A stretch of DNA of 62,757 nt, filler included, from Sanchytrium tribonematis (Eukaryota), in the NCBI GenBank assembly GCA_018985235.1. It is 7 parts of 7 records of this genome, joined end to end, with 100 filler letters (N's around TTAATTAATTAA, not from the genome) between each part and the next. Parts side by side here need not be neighbours in the genome. Positions count along the whole stretch, not along the records: positions 11,510 to 39,904 come from JADGIG010000057.1; 6 more parts are not named here. One strand, written 5' to 3'. The first letter of the stretch is position 1, and each line of letters begins with the position of its first letter. Both the position numbers and the translations under genes were made by a program. A model generated the notes under the pieces. It saw nothing but the letters and a program-made list of their open reading frames with translations. It was not told where the DNA came from and did no database searches. This document shows positions 21,716-34,033 of this stretch, piece by piece.

Positions 21716-23870
21716 ATGGACAACTATGCGGTCCATCTCACAGACCATAATAATAATTCTTTAGATGAAGAAAGCGCGAAGGAAGAGATTGAAGCATTGG
21801 GATATGATTTCAAAGGAAATATTGCGAATTTAGATGGATATTATTTAATAGGTAAACCGCTACACAAAAGAGATTTGGATGACGCTACAGTAGAATCTGA
21901 GCTGTCTGATTCTAATAGAGTCAAATGGTTTGAAAAGCAGATTGGTAAAAAAAGAGAACACAGAGGAATGATGAATTTTAATGACGAGTTTTATTTGTCG
22001 AGTTGGCACTTGAACAAAGAGTTTGCCCCTCCCAATTTTCTGGGAACAGCCATAGATATGAATGTGGAACCAGTTTGGCAAAATTTTAAGCTTCATGGAA
22101 ATGGAATTAGATTAACTGTTGTTGATGATGGCATTGACTATAACCACTCTGATTTAAAACATTCATATGACGAGAGTGCTTCTAGGGATATTTTGATGAA
22201 TGTTGCAGACATAAAACCAAAAAATGAACTTTTGGACCATCACGGCACAAGATGTGCTGCAGAAATTGTTGGAATGCCAGGTAATAAAAAATGCGGAGTT
22301 GGGGTAGCATTCAATGCCAAATTAAGTGGTGTTACGATAATAGGAGATAAATATCCCACAGATTCAGACGAAGCAACTGCTTTTAAATATCATTTTGAGA
22401 CTCAAGATATATTTTCAATGTCTTGGGGGCCTAGTGACGATGGAACTCAAGTCGATGGTCCAGGAAGATTAGCTAGTCTTGCTTTAAAAGATGCGGTAGA
22501 AAAGGGGAGAAATGGGAAGGGCCTGATTTTTGTAATTGCTGCAGGAAATGGGGGCCAAACTATGGATAATTGCAATTACGATGGATATGTAAATTCCATA
22601 TATACAATTTCTATTGGAGCGGTAGATATCGCTGGTAAAAGGCCCTGGTATGGAGAAGAGTGTTCAGCTATCCATGTTGTTTTACCAGGTGGTGATCAAA
22701 CTAACCCCATTTATACATCAGACATTAATGAAAAGTGCACAAATGGACATTACGGTACCTCAGCAGCGGCGCCTCTAGCTTCAGGTGCTATAGCCTTGCT
22801 ATTAGAATATAGACCGGATTTATCTTGGAGAGATGTTCAATATCTTTTACTTTCAAGCACAATTAAAAACGATGACACCGACACTGAGTGGGTTAAAAAT
22901 GGTGCAAATATCTGGACTCATCCCAAATAGTATTTACAATTTATTTAGTGGGTTCGGTTTGCTGGATACCAATTACTTGATCAATAATGCTAAAAATTAT
23001 AATGTTTTGCGAGAGCAGCATTCATTTTCATTTTCCAACTCTACCCAAATCAAATTAGGACGATCTGCTATACCGTTGTTGATAGAAGTTAGAAATGTTT
23101 TAGGCATTCAGTCAATTGAACATGTGCAAGTGAAAATTGAAATTATCCATCCTAGAAGAGGCCAATTATCTTACTCATTAACTTCGCCTTCTGGTTTCAC
23201 ATCTCAGCTTGCTAAGCCTAGAATCAATGATAAGTCGGAACAGGGTCTCCCAAACTGGACATTTATGACTAATAGGCATTGGAAAGAGCCCCCCAATGGT
23301 GTCTGGACACTAAGTATTATTGATGAGGGAACTGGTGAAATAGCCAGTGATATATTAGATAGCAAAGAGGGTTTTCAAAGAAGTGCTGGTTACATCAAGG
23401 AATGGGAGCTAATATTATACGGTGAATGTGTTGACAAATATTGTGAGCAGCCCCAAATCCAAACGCCAGATGCCGCAAATTGGTTAGCTTTTGGGATTAC
23501 AGTCGCCATTTTTATATTAGTGGGATTTTCGGCTTTATTTTATTTTAAATATTTCAAGCATAGAAATCAAAATAAAAAGTATGCAGAAGTCGTTAAAAGC
23601 ATTAGTTCACATAACTTGAAAATACTTGATGAGGAAGACCAGATCAAATCTTCACCAATTGAAGTGCCAAAAGATTATCCTTTTAAAAAGCAGCAGAGTA
23701 GTAGCGCATTACCAAGATCGATTTCTACTGACAGTTTGAATACAAGGGAAAAGCGAGGTTATGTCACTGATGTCCCCATTTCACCACTGTCTCCCCTAAG
23801 TCGATCAGCCTCGGGAAACATTAGAAGAGATAACGAAAATCTACTAAAGCAATCTTTGAAAAATAAATAA
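21716..23870 (+). CDS. KEX2: Kexin/furin-like proprotein convertase, 2 exons
   Basis: VVDDG, HGTRCAAEI, GTSAAAP, P domain, TM segment; intron 22930-22948. Confidence 0.93.
22930..22948 (+). other. 19-nt intron (kexin)
   Basis: gtatttacaatttatttag; restores HPKYGFGLLD. Confidence 0.95.
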
Positions 23871-24032
23871 TCATCATTCAAATATGTCCCATTCTCTATA
23901 ATAATTTGACACATTTAAAAAATTAACCTGGTCAATAATTTGCTCGATCCCTAAATTCGAACGGAGTGTTTCTAAATTTTACGGACTTTAAATTGGGGGA
24001 TCAATATACGAATCGTAAACATATTTGTGTAA

Positions 24033-24356
24033 ATGAAAAGAGCAAATGAAAATATTATTAGGGACTATAAATGCGCACTCTGTGCAAAATTATTTAGTGA
24101 CAAGTCTAGCCTGCTGAGACATTCTAGAAATGTGCATTCTCCCAGTATTCCTTGTAAATACTGCGAAAAGAAATTAAAAATAATGAGATCTGATGCTTAC
24201 AGAACTCATTTGATTCGATGCAAAGCATTTTCAGAATCTTTAAATACTAATGATATAAAAATCATATATGAAAGAGCATATATCGAAAGCAGGCAGCAAA
24301 TATATCCAAATCAAAAGGCTAATGATGAATCTGTAGAATCAACTCCAAAAGTTTAG
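24033..24356 (+). CDS. Small C2H2 zinc-finger protein
   Basis: CALCAKLF..SSLLRHSRNVH; CKYC...H...C. Confidence 0.75.
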   Translation: MKRANENIIRDYKCALCAKLFSDKSSLLRHSRNVHSPSIPCKYCEKKLKIMRSDAYRTHLIRCKAFSESLNTNDIKIIYERAYIESRQQIYPNQKANDESVESTPKV

Positions 24357-24402
24357 TTTGTCAACCGATTTAAATAAATCATTAAATTTGTTCTTTTTCC
24401 GC

Positions 24403-25710
24403 ATGTATTTTTTAATGAAACAATTTGTCTTAATTTCCATTTTATGTTATATTAAATTTGGATTTCAATTCCAGCATTTAATGGCGGAGAAATGCGCCGA
24501 TGTCACATTTAAATTCAATTCTATTTTAAAATATGTTATTTCTGATTACACAAAAATCAAAAAAATATATCTGGATCATATTCCAGTAATTTTCCCAAAC
24601 AACAAAGATGCATACAATCCAGGCGTCATCCAGCTTCCCGGAAATTCTAAATACCCGTATTTAATGGTTGGCAGAAAACCTCCTTTAAATTCTTATGAGC
24701 CTGAAGGATTAGACCTAAAATACGGCGAGCCTGTGTATTGTTACGGAAAGGTGAAAAACAATCAGCTAATTTGCTTAACTCCTGAGAAGAAGGTCAATGC
24801 AAAAACGAATTGGAATGCGGTCAAGAATAGGCTGAAAAATGGGATTAAGGATGCCAGTTCAAAATATGATTATCAAGATCCAAGAGTTTTTTATGGTAAA
24901 TACGATAATAGGACAGAGATTTTTATAAGTTTTAGCTGTCCTAGCAATTATGATTATCAAGTAAGAACGACTTGTATCGGTTTGGCAATATCAGTAATTC
25001 CAGACTTGTTTGACATGTTACCACCTGATTATAGTACCAATGGCAATATTGAACTTTCGCATATAAACGTTAAAGGTTTAAAGGATAAGTATGTAAAAAA
25101 TCTTTCACCGATAAGCTCTGATTTTAAAATCATGATTTATAGTATTAAACCATTTATGATGATTAAGCATGCTTTGGAAAGTCAAGCAGATATTATATTT
25201 AAAGAAGAAGAGACACCAGAGTGCTTAAATTTTGAATCAAATCATTTGGATATTCACTTAGCGACAAATTCGTTACATATAGCACTCTGTGAAAGCCCGT
25301 GTAAACCAAAATTATCAGAAACTCGAGTCATGCTTATGCTTCATGTAAAAATTAATGTAGATGGTTTACATTATCCTGTCTACAAGCGTTTTTTGGCTTT
25401 TTTAGACCCAATTACTTACAAATTATTAAGAATTTCACCGTTCCTCGAGATAAAAGATTTTGAGTCCAAAGAGCTCATTTTTGATTCTAATATGAATTTT
25501 GCACCGAATCCGTTAGATTATGATCCACAAAATAGTGAATTTCATGGAATGACTTTAGGGTATCTAAATACTCAGATTATCCTAACTTTGGGCGTTGATT
25601 TGCGAAGACAAGGTCGCTTAGCCTATTTTACCGCGAAAGAAGCTTACTTGAATTCCTTTCCGTGTAATGGCGTTGTCGCAAATACTTTGTTAAAAGCAGA
25701 ATATCCATAA
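24403..25710 (+). CDS. Type II membrane/secreted protein, possible beta-propeller glycosyltransferase/hydrolase (GT91/GH130-like)
   Basis: N-terminal hydrophobic segment; YNPGVI, QDPRVF, KN motifs. Confidence 0.4.
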   Translation: MYFLMKQFVLISILCYIKFGFQFQHLMAEKCADVTFKFNSILKYVISDYTKIKKIYLDHIPVIFPNNKDAYNPGVIQLPGNSKYPYLMVGRKPPLNSYEPEGLDLKYGEPVYCYGKVKNNQLICLTPEKKVNAKTNWNAVKNRLKNGIKDASSKYDYQDPRVFYGKYDNRTEIFISFSCPSNYDYQVRTTCIGLAISVIPDLFDMLPPDYSTNGNIELSHINVKGLKDKYVKNLSPISSDFKIMIYSIKPFMMIKHALESQADIIFKEEETPECLNFESNHLDIHLATNSLHIALCESPCKPKLSETRVMLMLHVKINVDGLHYPVYKRFLAFLDPITYKLLRISPFLEIKDFESKELIFDSNMNFAPNPLDYDPQNSEFHGMTLGYLNTQIILTLGVDLRRQGRLAYFTAKEAYLNSFPCNGVVANTLLKAEYP

Positions 25711-25711
25711 T

Positions 25712-26277
25712 TTATTTTTTCTTTTGTGATTTTTTAATTTGGATTAAAAACCTCCTAAATGAGTCTTCTAGCAATATTTGGAAAACGCATTGGGCTGCTG
25801 CATCGTAAACTTTGTAGTAATCACCAATTTGCGTAGCAGAAGATACATTTCTAATCAATCTATATTAGAAAATGATTACAAATCCTTGACCGCTGATGGT
25901 AGATAAACTTGCATCTCGGCACTATCTACCACATATAAATAAAGAATAAAATTAGCCTTATTTTTGATATCCGCGAGCCTCAAAGGCTTGAGTGGTAAAA
26001 ATAATCGCCTAAATGCCACTACTTCTTCATAAAACTTGAGATTTTCGGCAGACTTTTCTTGCTCTAAGAATTGCATGAGCAAAAGCCTTCCAGTAGGATT
26101 ATTTAGAGTAAATTGGAGTTGATTTGATAAGGATTCCATGTGAAATAAAGATTTTTGGTATTCATTTATATTGCTAGATTTCAAGACCTGACTAATGCTT
26201 AAAGGAACCAAGATTGAATTTTTTCGATTTATAATATCCGATGAAAGCACGCTGCCCATTTTCTCTTTGTTGTACAT
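25712..26277 (-). CDS. Soluble RGS-domain protein, 2 exons
   Basis: FLEQEKSAENLKFY; spliced C-terminus VYDAAAQCVFQILLEDSFRRFL. Confidence 0.85.
25860..25879 (-). other. 20-nt intron (RGS protein)
   Basis: gtaatcattttctaatatag; adds the conserved RGS C-terminal helix in frame. Confidence 0.88.
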
Positions 26278-26309
26278 TTTTGGAATACTATTTGAATTTA
26301 CAATTTATT

Positions 26310-28230
26310 TCATAATCTTGTTTTCACGCCTATTCTCAATAAGAATTGCCCTTGATGTTTCTGCTGGATTTCGTTATTACTGACCATTTGGTGTATTGCC
26401 ATCACAATTGAATCATAATCATGTTTTGCTCGCTGTAATTCTGAAATCAAAACCGATTCTCTCATTTGCGCCCCCAAAGGCAATCTTTGATCGATGAATG
26501 AATGAATGGCATTTAAGGACGTTCTAGTTGGCTGCTTCAAGACTGTCTGAAGCGTTCTAAGGGTAGAGCATTTGAAAAGATTCAATGCTTCTCTTGCATG
26601 GTCCATGGTAACAACTTTAGACATTGCACATTTTGCTCTTGCCTCACTAAGTCTTACAAGGGCCTCTAAGTGACGAACTGTGAAAGGGATCATGCTTCTA
26701 GTTTGACTTTCTTTTTCTAGGTCATACATGTTTTGTCTCATTTGAACATATGTATCATGTAGAAAGGATGAAGCTTCTACGCTCATTGTTGGCGCAATTT
26801 GTTTTAGAAATTGAATCAATGGGGCTGCATCCGCTGATTCTCTAGTATTTTGATGAACATTTAAAACATGCATTGCGATTCTTATATCCTGCTCCACATC
26901 GTGTTTGTCTTTCAACCAAAATAATAAATCAAATCTACTTAATAGTGAAGACTTGAATTCGATTTGTGAAGCTGCAGATTTAGTATCTTGAATTCTACCA
27001 AACATAGGATTTGCTGCAGCAAGAACAGCTGCACGGGCATTCAAAACAGTAGATATACCTGCTTTGGAGATACTTAATGTTTGCTGTTCCATGGCTTCAT
27101 GAATGGAGACTCTATCTTCATCTCTCATCTTGTCAAATTCATCAATACATAAAACACCTTGATCTGCAAGGACCATCGCACCAGCTTCAAGATAAAATTG
27201 TCTATTTTTGTTTAATACAGCTGCAGTCAAGCCAGCTGCACTTGATCCCTTCCCACTCGTGAAAACAGCATGTGGTGCCAACTGTTGTGTTCTTTTTAAA
27301 AACTGAGATCTAAATGAGAATGAATTACTTGGCAACTCCTGGGTCTCCCATTAATAGGACATGAATATCGCCTCTCAGTCGCACGTCTGGAAGCGGTCGA
27401 GTTGTTCCTCCAACTAGAAGCAAAATAAGCGCCTTTTTTATATCTTCGTGGCCGAAAATAGAAGGAGCTATGCGGTTTGTTAATTCCTCGAAGTAATCCT
27501 TATGCTCGTAAATTGCCTCAACAGAAGCTTGAGCTGTTTGCTTGGTAATTCCTGTGCAACTCAAAACTGTAGAATGAACGGCATTGTTTTTAGATGGTTG
27601 AATTAAGTAGTATCCATGAATCATGCATTTGTCTCCAGGTTGAACAAAGTCGACAAGATGCTTGTCAGTAATTACAACACTCTGTTTGATTTCACTCTCT
27701 GCCAACTGAATTGTCAAGTATTGCACTTCTTCAAACAATGATTGAGTGTGGTGAATCACCATTGTATTCATTCCACAATCAGAATTTTCGCAATTGTATT
27801 GTTGGTCGTTGTTTTTTACAGTTTGGTTGCAAATGGAACAAATCCAGCAAAGAAGCCTGGGTTGAATAGCAGGCGAGTATACCTTTGTGATAAGACCTTT
27901 AATAGATAAGAACTTATGCAACTGGGATGTATCTTGCAAAAAAGCTGTTTCTTCCCCAGTATAATGGAAATGTAATTCGACTTTATCTGAGCATTTTTGT
28001 TGCAAGTATTTTCTCAAAATTTCATTGTTGATAAGTGAGTTGCACGAAACAAAATCACCGAAACCTAAATTTAAATCATCTGTTGTGATAAGCATAGGTT
28101 GGCTTGGGACCATTGGATTGAATTTTTCTAAAATCAATTGCATGAATGCGGCTTGGATATCACTTTGACAGATCGCGTCGATAAGCTGGGCGTCGTTTTG
28201 TGGGCCTGGTAATGTAGAAGCAACCTGCAT
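26310..28230 (-). CDS. MCM5: MCM5 replicative helicase subunit, 2 exons
   Basis: Spliced GDPGVAKSQFLK, TSGKGSSAAGLTA, IDEFDKM, SRFD. Confidence 0.9.
27310..27328 (-). other. 19-nt intron (MCM5)
   Basis: gtaattcattctcatttag; restores Walker A GDPGVAKSQ. Confidence 0.97.
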
Positions 28231-28281
28231 TTTTGCCACTGTTTGAAAAACTTTTAATTTTCATAATTTTCAGCCTAAGAA

Positions 28282-29511
28282 ATGAAACCATTTGAGTATA
28301 AATTAGTTTTAAATCTAGTTTACGATTTTCTTGAAGAAAATGATATAAAGACTATTGGGAGAAGCATAAACACTTATTTTCCGGAAAGAATCTGTAAGAC
28401 TTTGAAAATTGAAATTGAAAGTTATTATACATATTCGGGCGCGTTCAGATGTAGGATCAGAGTTAATGGATTATATTGGATTAAGGATGGATATAGAATT
28501 AAATTGAGGGATCTTGAGAGGTATCTCATGACTTATGGTCAGCATATCAAGGACTTGTATATATTTAATTTTTTGAGGCTTAAAGAAAATCAATATATGT
28601 TGTATGACGAATTGATAAACGAAATTTATATACTGATCAGATCACACTGTTCAAATCTAAAGAAGCTGACAACTTACCCATATCAAAGGCAAGCGATTCC
28701 TATAATCAATACAATATCTTCTCTAGAATTCTCATATGACAATTTTCGAGATGTGGTACTGCCTCTATTAAATTGCAGTTCTCTTAAATTTTACTTAAAA
28801 GACGATGAGGATAGCCCTGAAATTATTTTTAAAAGTATTATGGAGAAATCGAGTTTTTTGCAAAAATTATCAATCTCAGGAGATGACTGTTACCTTACTC
28901 TTGTCGACATCAACTGCATTTTACCCATTTTTAACATTTTGACAAAAGTGAAAACCTTAAAAGAACTAGACTGGACGTTATTTATACAGTTTTCGCGATT
29001 TGATGAATATTTACATATTCAAGAAAAATTGTTAAACTTGCAAAGTTACATATTAAAAATTGAACGGGATTTCGAGGACGCTCTTGAGGAATACATAATT
29101 GAGTCCTGTTTAATTCCTGTTATGTCGGAAAAGTTGGAATTCGATGCATCTAAAATTACAGCAGGTGCTAAAAAGTCGATTCTGAGATACATCAACGCGA
29201 GTGAAATATCTCACTTGGAATTGCCTTACTTAGAAACATTTGAAATATACAATGACATTTCTCTGACATCCCTGCTTTATTTTAAGTGTAAGACTGGACT
29301 TTCTTCAATCATTCTACCAAAATTTAAGAGAATTGCAATAATTGAAGGGATATTTATTGAGGAAATTAATGGTTGCTTTAACGGAGATTACGTCATACTG
29401 TATTTAGAAAGAGACACTAACATGACTGAGTTTAAAAATTATAGCCAAATAGGAAATTTTAAGCAGGCAAATCGGCTAACAAAAATTTACGGAAAGGGGG
29501 CTCTAATCTGA
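28282..29511 (+). CDS. Hypothetical protein with RNI/LRR-like repeats
   Basis: CSNLKKL, FLQKLSI, TLKELD patterns. Confidence 0.45.
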   Translation: MKPFEYKLVLNLVYDFLEENDIKTIGRSINTYFPERICKTLKIEIESYYTYSGAFRCRIRVNGLYWIKDGYRIKLRDLERYLMTYGQHIKDLYIFNFLRLKENQYMLYDELINEIYILIRSHCSNLKKLTTYPYQRQAIPIINTISSLEFSYDNFRDVVLPLLNCSSLKFYLKDDEDSPEIIFKSIMEKSSFLQKLSISGDDCYLTLVDINCILPIFNILTKVKTLKELDWTLFIQFSRFDEYLHIQEKLLNLQSYILKIERDFEDALEEYIIESCLIPVMSEKLEFDASKITAGAKKSILRYINASEISHLELPYLETFEIYNDISLTSLLYFKCKTGLSSIILPKFKRIAIIEGIFIEEINGCFNGDYVILYLERDTNMTEFKNYSQIGNFKQANRLTKIYGKGALI

Positions 29512-30633
29512 TTGCCGCTGGCTGAGAAGTTTTTCCCTATTTAAAAAGTAGTCTGATGGAATAGAGGAAATGATTGGAATGAGTCTTTTTTGTTTTGGCA
29601 AAGCCAAATTCACACTTATTTCTGTAGCTGAATAACTCTCAAACTCTTGTTTTTTTGTCGCAACTGAATTCCAAATTGAATGGCGCTTCATAAATAATGA
29701 TAAATTGTTGGATCGCCTTAAAAAATTAGAAATTTTTCCCATAAAAGTTGATATTCCCTCAACATTTCTACTATACTTCGGATAAAGGTGTTGACTCTGA
29801 GGTGAGATGTTTTCTTGATAGTCAGTAGCTAATAGATCCAAATAAGCGGAAACTTTATAAATACCTTCTAATACGAAGTCGTAAAATTTTTGATTTGATA
29901 AAAGTCCTTTGAAATGTTCAAATTGGCTGCTTAAAACAAAATTTTCGCTTCTCTGCGATCTACACTTTTTAATAATAACGTTATAAATAAAAAATGATCT
30001 CTTTAAGAAAATATCAATCTCATCCTGGCTTATTTCTTCTCCGGTGGCTATGTAATTACAATTAATATTCTCTATTTGATTCATCAATTTCCACAAAGTA
30101 ACATAAACTTTAAATACTCCGGGTGCTCTTAAGTGCTTTTCATCTAATGTAAATACATCTTGAGGCTTCGTAGAAGATAATCCAACATCAACTTCAAAGT
30201 TAAATGCAACTTCTGTCCTAAGTAATTTGCGATTTTTGATCAAATAGTCAAAGAAAGAATATGCGTCAGATGGTCTTAAATTATCAAAATAATCAATTAC
30301 ATAAACGCTTTGCTTCACTCTGCTAGTAATTGCATATTCTTCAGACTTTGTATATATAAATCTTATCAACTCTAATAATTCTACTATTCCTGGATCTTCA
30401 TTATTTTCTTTCATTAAATTTAAAGCGCTGTCTGAGATAGCTTGGTATTTCTTCTCGTCCACTATGTCTATAAAATCAGGTTCGCAAAGAATTTGCAATA
30501 GCTCCTTTCTCTTTGACGGCCATATGGAATAAAGGTAAAATATCTGGTCAGTATGTCGAATATCACTGGTAAGTATATTTTTCAGGTCCATATCATTGCG
30601 AATAGCTTCGATTAGTGAATTTTGATCATTCAT
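29503..30633 (-). CDS. Hypothetical protein, possibly divergent THOC1/Hpr1
   Basis: FKVYVTLWKL, LLSNQKFYDFVL and IWNS resemble THOC1 blocks; start placed at MNDQ to avoid overlap. Confidence 0.4.
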   Translation of the reverse strand: MNDQNSLIEAIRNDMDLKNILTSDIRHTDQIFYLYSIWPSKRKELLQILCEPDFIDIVDEKKYQAISDSALNLMKENNEDPGIVELLELIRFIYTKSEEYAITSRVKQSVYVIDYFDNLRPSDAYSFFDYLIKNRKLLRTEVAFNFEVDVGLSSTKPQDVFTLDEKHLRAPGVFKVYVTLWKLMNQIENINCNYIATGEEISQDEIDIFLKRSFFIYNVIIKKCRSQRSENFVLSSQFEHFKGLLSNQKFYDFVLEGIYKVSAYLDLLATDYQENISPQSQHLYPKYSRNVEGISTFMGKISNFLRRSNNLSLFMKRHSIWNSVATKKQEFESYSATEISVNLALPKQKRLIPIISSIPSDYFLNREKLLSQRQSD

Positions 30634-30663
30634 TGTTTTCAAAATCCCCGTTTGTGTAAAGTT

Positions 30664-31480
30664 ATGTTCCGCTCCAAGACATTGCTTTCCAGCTGGGAGT
30701 ACATTCAAACAAAATCTGTAAACAAAGTCGGTGTTGTAACTTTGCATCGCCCAAAAGCGCTAAATGCTTTGTGTACTCCACTTTTTAACGAATTGATCAA
30801 AAGCTTGCGAGATTTTGACCATGATCCAAATATTGGAAGTATCGTATTGACAGGAAGCAAAAAAGCCTTTGCAGCTGGTGCAGATATTAAAGAAATGAAG
30901 GATACGAATGGCATTCAAAATTACAAATCCGATTTTCTTGGCTTTTGGCAAGATATAGGTATTCTCAATTCATTTAGCAAAAATTAGGAAACCGATTATT
31001 TCAGCGGTTAATGGATATTGTCTGGGCGGTGGTTGTGAATTAGCGCAACTCACAGATATCATATATGCTGGAGATTCTGCTATGTTTGGTCAACCTGAAA
31101 TTAAACTAGGTACAATTCCAGGCGCAGGAGGTACCCAGAGACTCACAAGAGCTATTGGAAAGTATAAAGCTATGGAGTTGGTACTCACTGGCAGAATGAT
31201 GAATGCACAAGAAGCATACCAAGCCGGATTAGTTGCAAGAGTATTTAAATCGGATGAATTATTTGACAAGACTATGGAACTTGCTCAAGAGATTGCCAGC
31301 TTTTCAAAGCCTGTTACAATGATGGCAAAAGAAAGTGTCAATAAGGCCTTTGAAACCACACTGACTGAGGGATTAATTTTTGAACGCAGATTATTTCACT
31401 CTACCTTTTCCACTGAGGACCAGAAAGAAGGAATGGCCGCGTTTGCTGAAAAACGAAAGCCCCATTTTAAAGATCAATAA
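30664..31480 (+). CDS. ECHS1: Mitochondrial enoyl-CoA hydratase, 2 exons
   Basis: [41 protein letters not shown]. Confidence 0.95.
30959..30977 (+). other. 19-nt intron (enoyl-CoA hydratase)
   Basis: gtattctcaattcatttag; gives [12 protein letters not shown]. Confidence 0.93.
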
Positions 31481-31524
31481 TAAACTTCATTATTGAATTT
31501 GGGAAAAGGGAAACACCAGGAGAA

Positions 31525-33393
31525 ATGCTAACAGACAAAGTTGGCGAACTCGTAAAATTGGTTAATACGGCGACATTTCCACCCAATTTAAAAATTAATG
31601 AGCTTATTTTGGCGATAGTCAGTAAGGTTCAGCAGAGATTAAATCTAGAAAAAACGGATTTCAGGGAAAAATCTTTTTCCTCGAAATTCCCATTCACTGA
31701 TATTTTAGACGAGCTTCTATTACTACATTTAAAAAAAGATCTCAAACGCAATAACTATCACTTTATTCCAAAATTGACTCATAAATACAATGCAAGAACT
31801 GAATGGCTTGCTCCTATTTCATCCGACTCTAAGCAAAGGTATCCACATCCCTACAGGTTCGAAATTCAAAATATTAAATATCCAGAATTCAACATAGTGG
31901 AAGTAATAAAAAGTGGACCCATGGGAGATTCTCAATATATAAATAGGAAGAGTCAAGTAGAAAAGTTGCTTGAAGATCTGAAGAAGGTCGATGAAATTGC
32001 TATTGATTTGGAGCACCATAGCGACGAAAGTTATTTAGGCTTGACTTGTCTTATGCAAATATCTACGAGATCAGCAGATTACATTGTAGATACAATTGAA
32101 CTCCGAGACGATTTGCAGATATTAAACGAGGTTTTCACAGACCCAAAAGTCACTAAAGTATTGCATGGAGCAGCTAGTGATATTATATGGCTTCAAAGAG
32201 ATCTTGGCTTGTATATTGTGAATTTATTTGACTCCTTTCATGCATGTAAGCTATTGAATTTTCCAAAAAGATCGCTGAGTTATCTCTTAAAATTCTATTG
32301 CAACTATAATACCGATAAATCATATCAACGTGCGGACTGGAGAACCCGTCCACTTCCTGCTAAGATGCTCTCTTACGCGCAATCTGACACTCATTTTCTA
32401 CTGGAAATATACGATCGCCTTAAGAATGCTCTCATAGAAAAGTCTTTGCTAAAGGAATGCCTCAAGCAGTCTGAAAGCACCTCTTTAACTGAATTCTACA
32501 TTGAAGAATACGACTATGAAAATGGACTAAACTGTGGTTGGAAAAGTGGACTTAACAAATTCACATCCAAGAGTCGAAATGTGAACTTTGCAAACATACA
32601 TCTATATAAAGAAATTCATTACTGGAGAGATCGTATAGCACGACAGGTGGATGTCAGTCCGCCCTATTTGATATCAAATTGGATTTTAGAAAATATAGCT
32701 GCAGGTTTACCAAATAGCATGATCAAACTTAAAGCTTGTTTTAAGAATAAAATGTCTGACTCCGTAAAAAAGCACGTCGATGAGCTTTTTGAAGTTGTCT
32801 TGCATGCATCTGAGTGTCAGAAATATATTAAAATAGATGCAGAGGTTCCAATCTCTAATTCAATTCCAACACATACAATTTTTACTTCAGCAAATGTAAA
32901 TGTGAACCCCAAAGCTTACCAACTAAAAAGCGATTCATCAATTAAAACGATTGATTTTGAACATTTTAAGAAAATCACTCCATCGAAAGTAATGGACTCC
33001 ATTATCGAAGATTATAGATCCAGCACGTGCAATCAGGAAAAATCAGACTTAAAGAAGCCCAACCTAAGCAAAATCGCATCCGGTGAGCCAAGTATGGGCG
33101 CATTGGATGATATTATTTCATTGAACTCAGAGAAAGATTTAAAAAGAAAGAGCGAGACTAGTTTGAAAACGAAAATTGATCCATTCAGCAAATTGGAGGT
33201 GCTTGATGTCAAACGACAAAAAACTTCAAACAATAAGAAATCTAAACGGTCTAAACTCATAAGTACAAATCAAGTTCAAATAATTACGGAGAAAGATCCC
33301 AATCCAATTGAAATTAATAACAAAAAGCCGAAAATTAAAAAGAGAAAGTATATGGGCAAGGACGAAAAGCAAAAAATATTTAAAAGTAAATAA
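31525..33393 (+). CDS. RRP6: Exosome 3'-5' exonuclease Rrp6
   Basis: HPYRFEI, IAIDLEHH, LMQISTR, ADWRTRPL, HRDC region. Confidence 0.93.
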   Translation: MLTDKVGELVKLVNTATFPPNLKINELILAIVSKVQQRLNLEKTDFREKSFSSKFPFTDILDELLLLHLKKDLKRNNYHFIPKLTHKYNARTEWLAPISSDSKQRYPHPYRFEIQNIKYPEFNIVEVIKSGPMGDSQYINRKSQVEKLLEDLKKVDEIAIDLEHHSDESYLGLTCLMQISTRSADYIVDTIELRDDLQILNEVFTDPKVTKVLHGAASDIIWLQRDLGLYIVNLFDSFHACKLLNFPKRSLSYLLKFYCNYNTDKSYQRADWRTRPLPAKMLSYAQSDTHFLLEIYDRLKNALIEKSLLKECLKQSESTSLTEFYIEEYDYENGLNCGWKSGLNKFTSKSRNVNFANIHLYKEIHYWRDRIARQVDVSPPYLISNWILENIAAGLPNSMIKLKACFKNKMSDSVKKHVDELFEVVLHASECQKYIKIDAEVPISNSIPTHTIFTSANVNVNPKAYQLKSDSSIKTIDFEHFKKITPSKVMDSIIEDYRSSTCNQEKSDLKKPNLSKIASGEPSMGALDDIISLNSEKDLKRKSETSLKTKIDPFSKLEVLDVKRQKTSNNKKSKRSKLISTNQVQIITEKDPNPIEINNKKPKIKKRKYMGKDEKQKIFKSK

Positions 33394-33394
33394 A

Positions 33395-34009
33395 CTATTT
33401 ACTCGACAAGTACGCTCGGAATTTAACATCTTCATAGATGTTTTCAGGGTTCGCAATTATGAGGAAAGCTGTTTCACTGAGCTTCGGCTGTTGGTAAGGA
33501 ATTTTTTCCAAGTCAAAAACTTTTTTTCTAATGGGTGTCTCGACCTCTTTCACTTCAGGAGATTTCTCATCAACTTCTTCTTTTACTTCATTAGTAGGAG
33601 ATACAACAGGTGCTGCAGTCGGGTATTGATAGTACTGCGCGTAGTACTGCATATAAGGCGACTGAACAATCTTTCTTTTCTTGATAGCTGGACGGATCGG
33701 CTCTGCAAATCCCAATGGTAGGTCCATATTTCGTTGATTCGCCCTTTTCTCAATTAAAGCAAATGGCACACCTTCTAAACCATGAATTTCCAAATCAGTT
33801 TTACACCTATCTGGGAGAGAAAATGGAACACTGGTCATCTCTCGTTTATGGACACTCAAATAATGTAGAGACAATGCAGTAGCTGTATTTAGTCTTTTTT
33901 GACACTCTTGACACTTAAAATGTTTGGCTCTTTGGTGTTGAATTAATATTTTCTCATCCGTAAAATCCCGATCGCAATAATAGCAAAAAGGCGGCATGTT
34001 TCCTTTCAT
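33395..34009 (-). CDS. BuGZ/ZNF207-like zinc-finger protein
   Basis: PFCYYCDRDFTDEKILIQHQRAKHFKC, EIHGLEGVP. Confidence 0.85.
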   Translation of the reverse strand: MKGNMPPFCYYCDRDFTDEKILIQHQRAKHFKCQECQKRLNTATALSLHYLSVHKREMTSVPFSLPDRCKTDLEIHGLEGVPFALIEKRANQRNMDLPLGFAEPIRPAIKKRKIVQSPYMQYYAQYYQYPTAAPVVSPTNEVKEEVDEKSPEVKEVETPIRKKVFDLEKIPYQQPKLSETAFLIIANPENIYEDVKFRAYLSSK

Positions 34010-34033
34010 TTTGATGTTTCAGTGGAGAAATAT

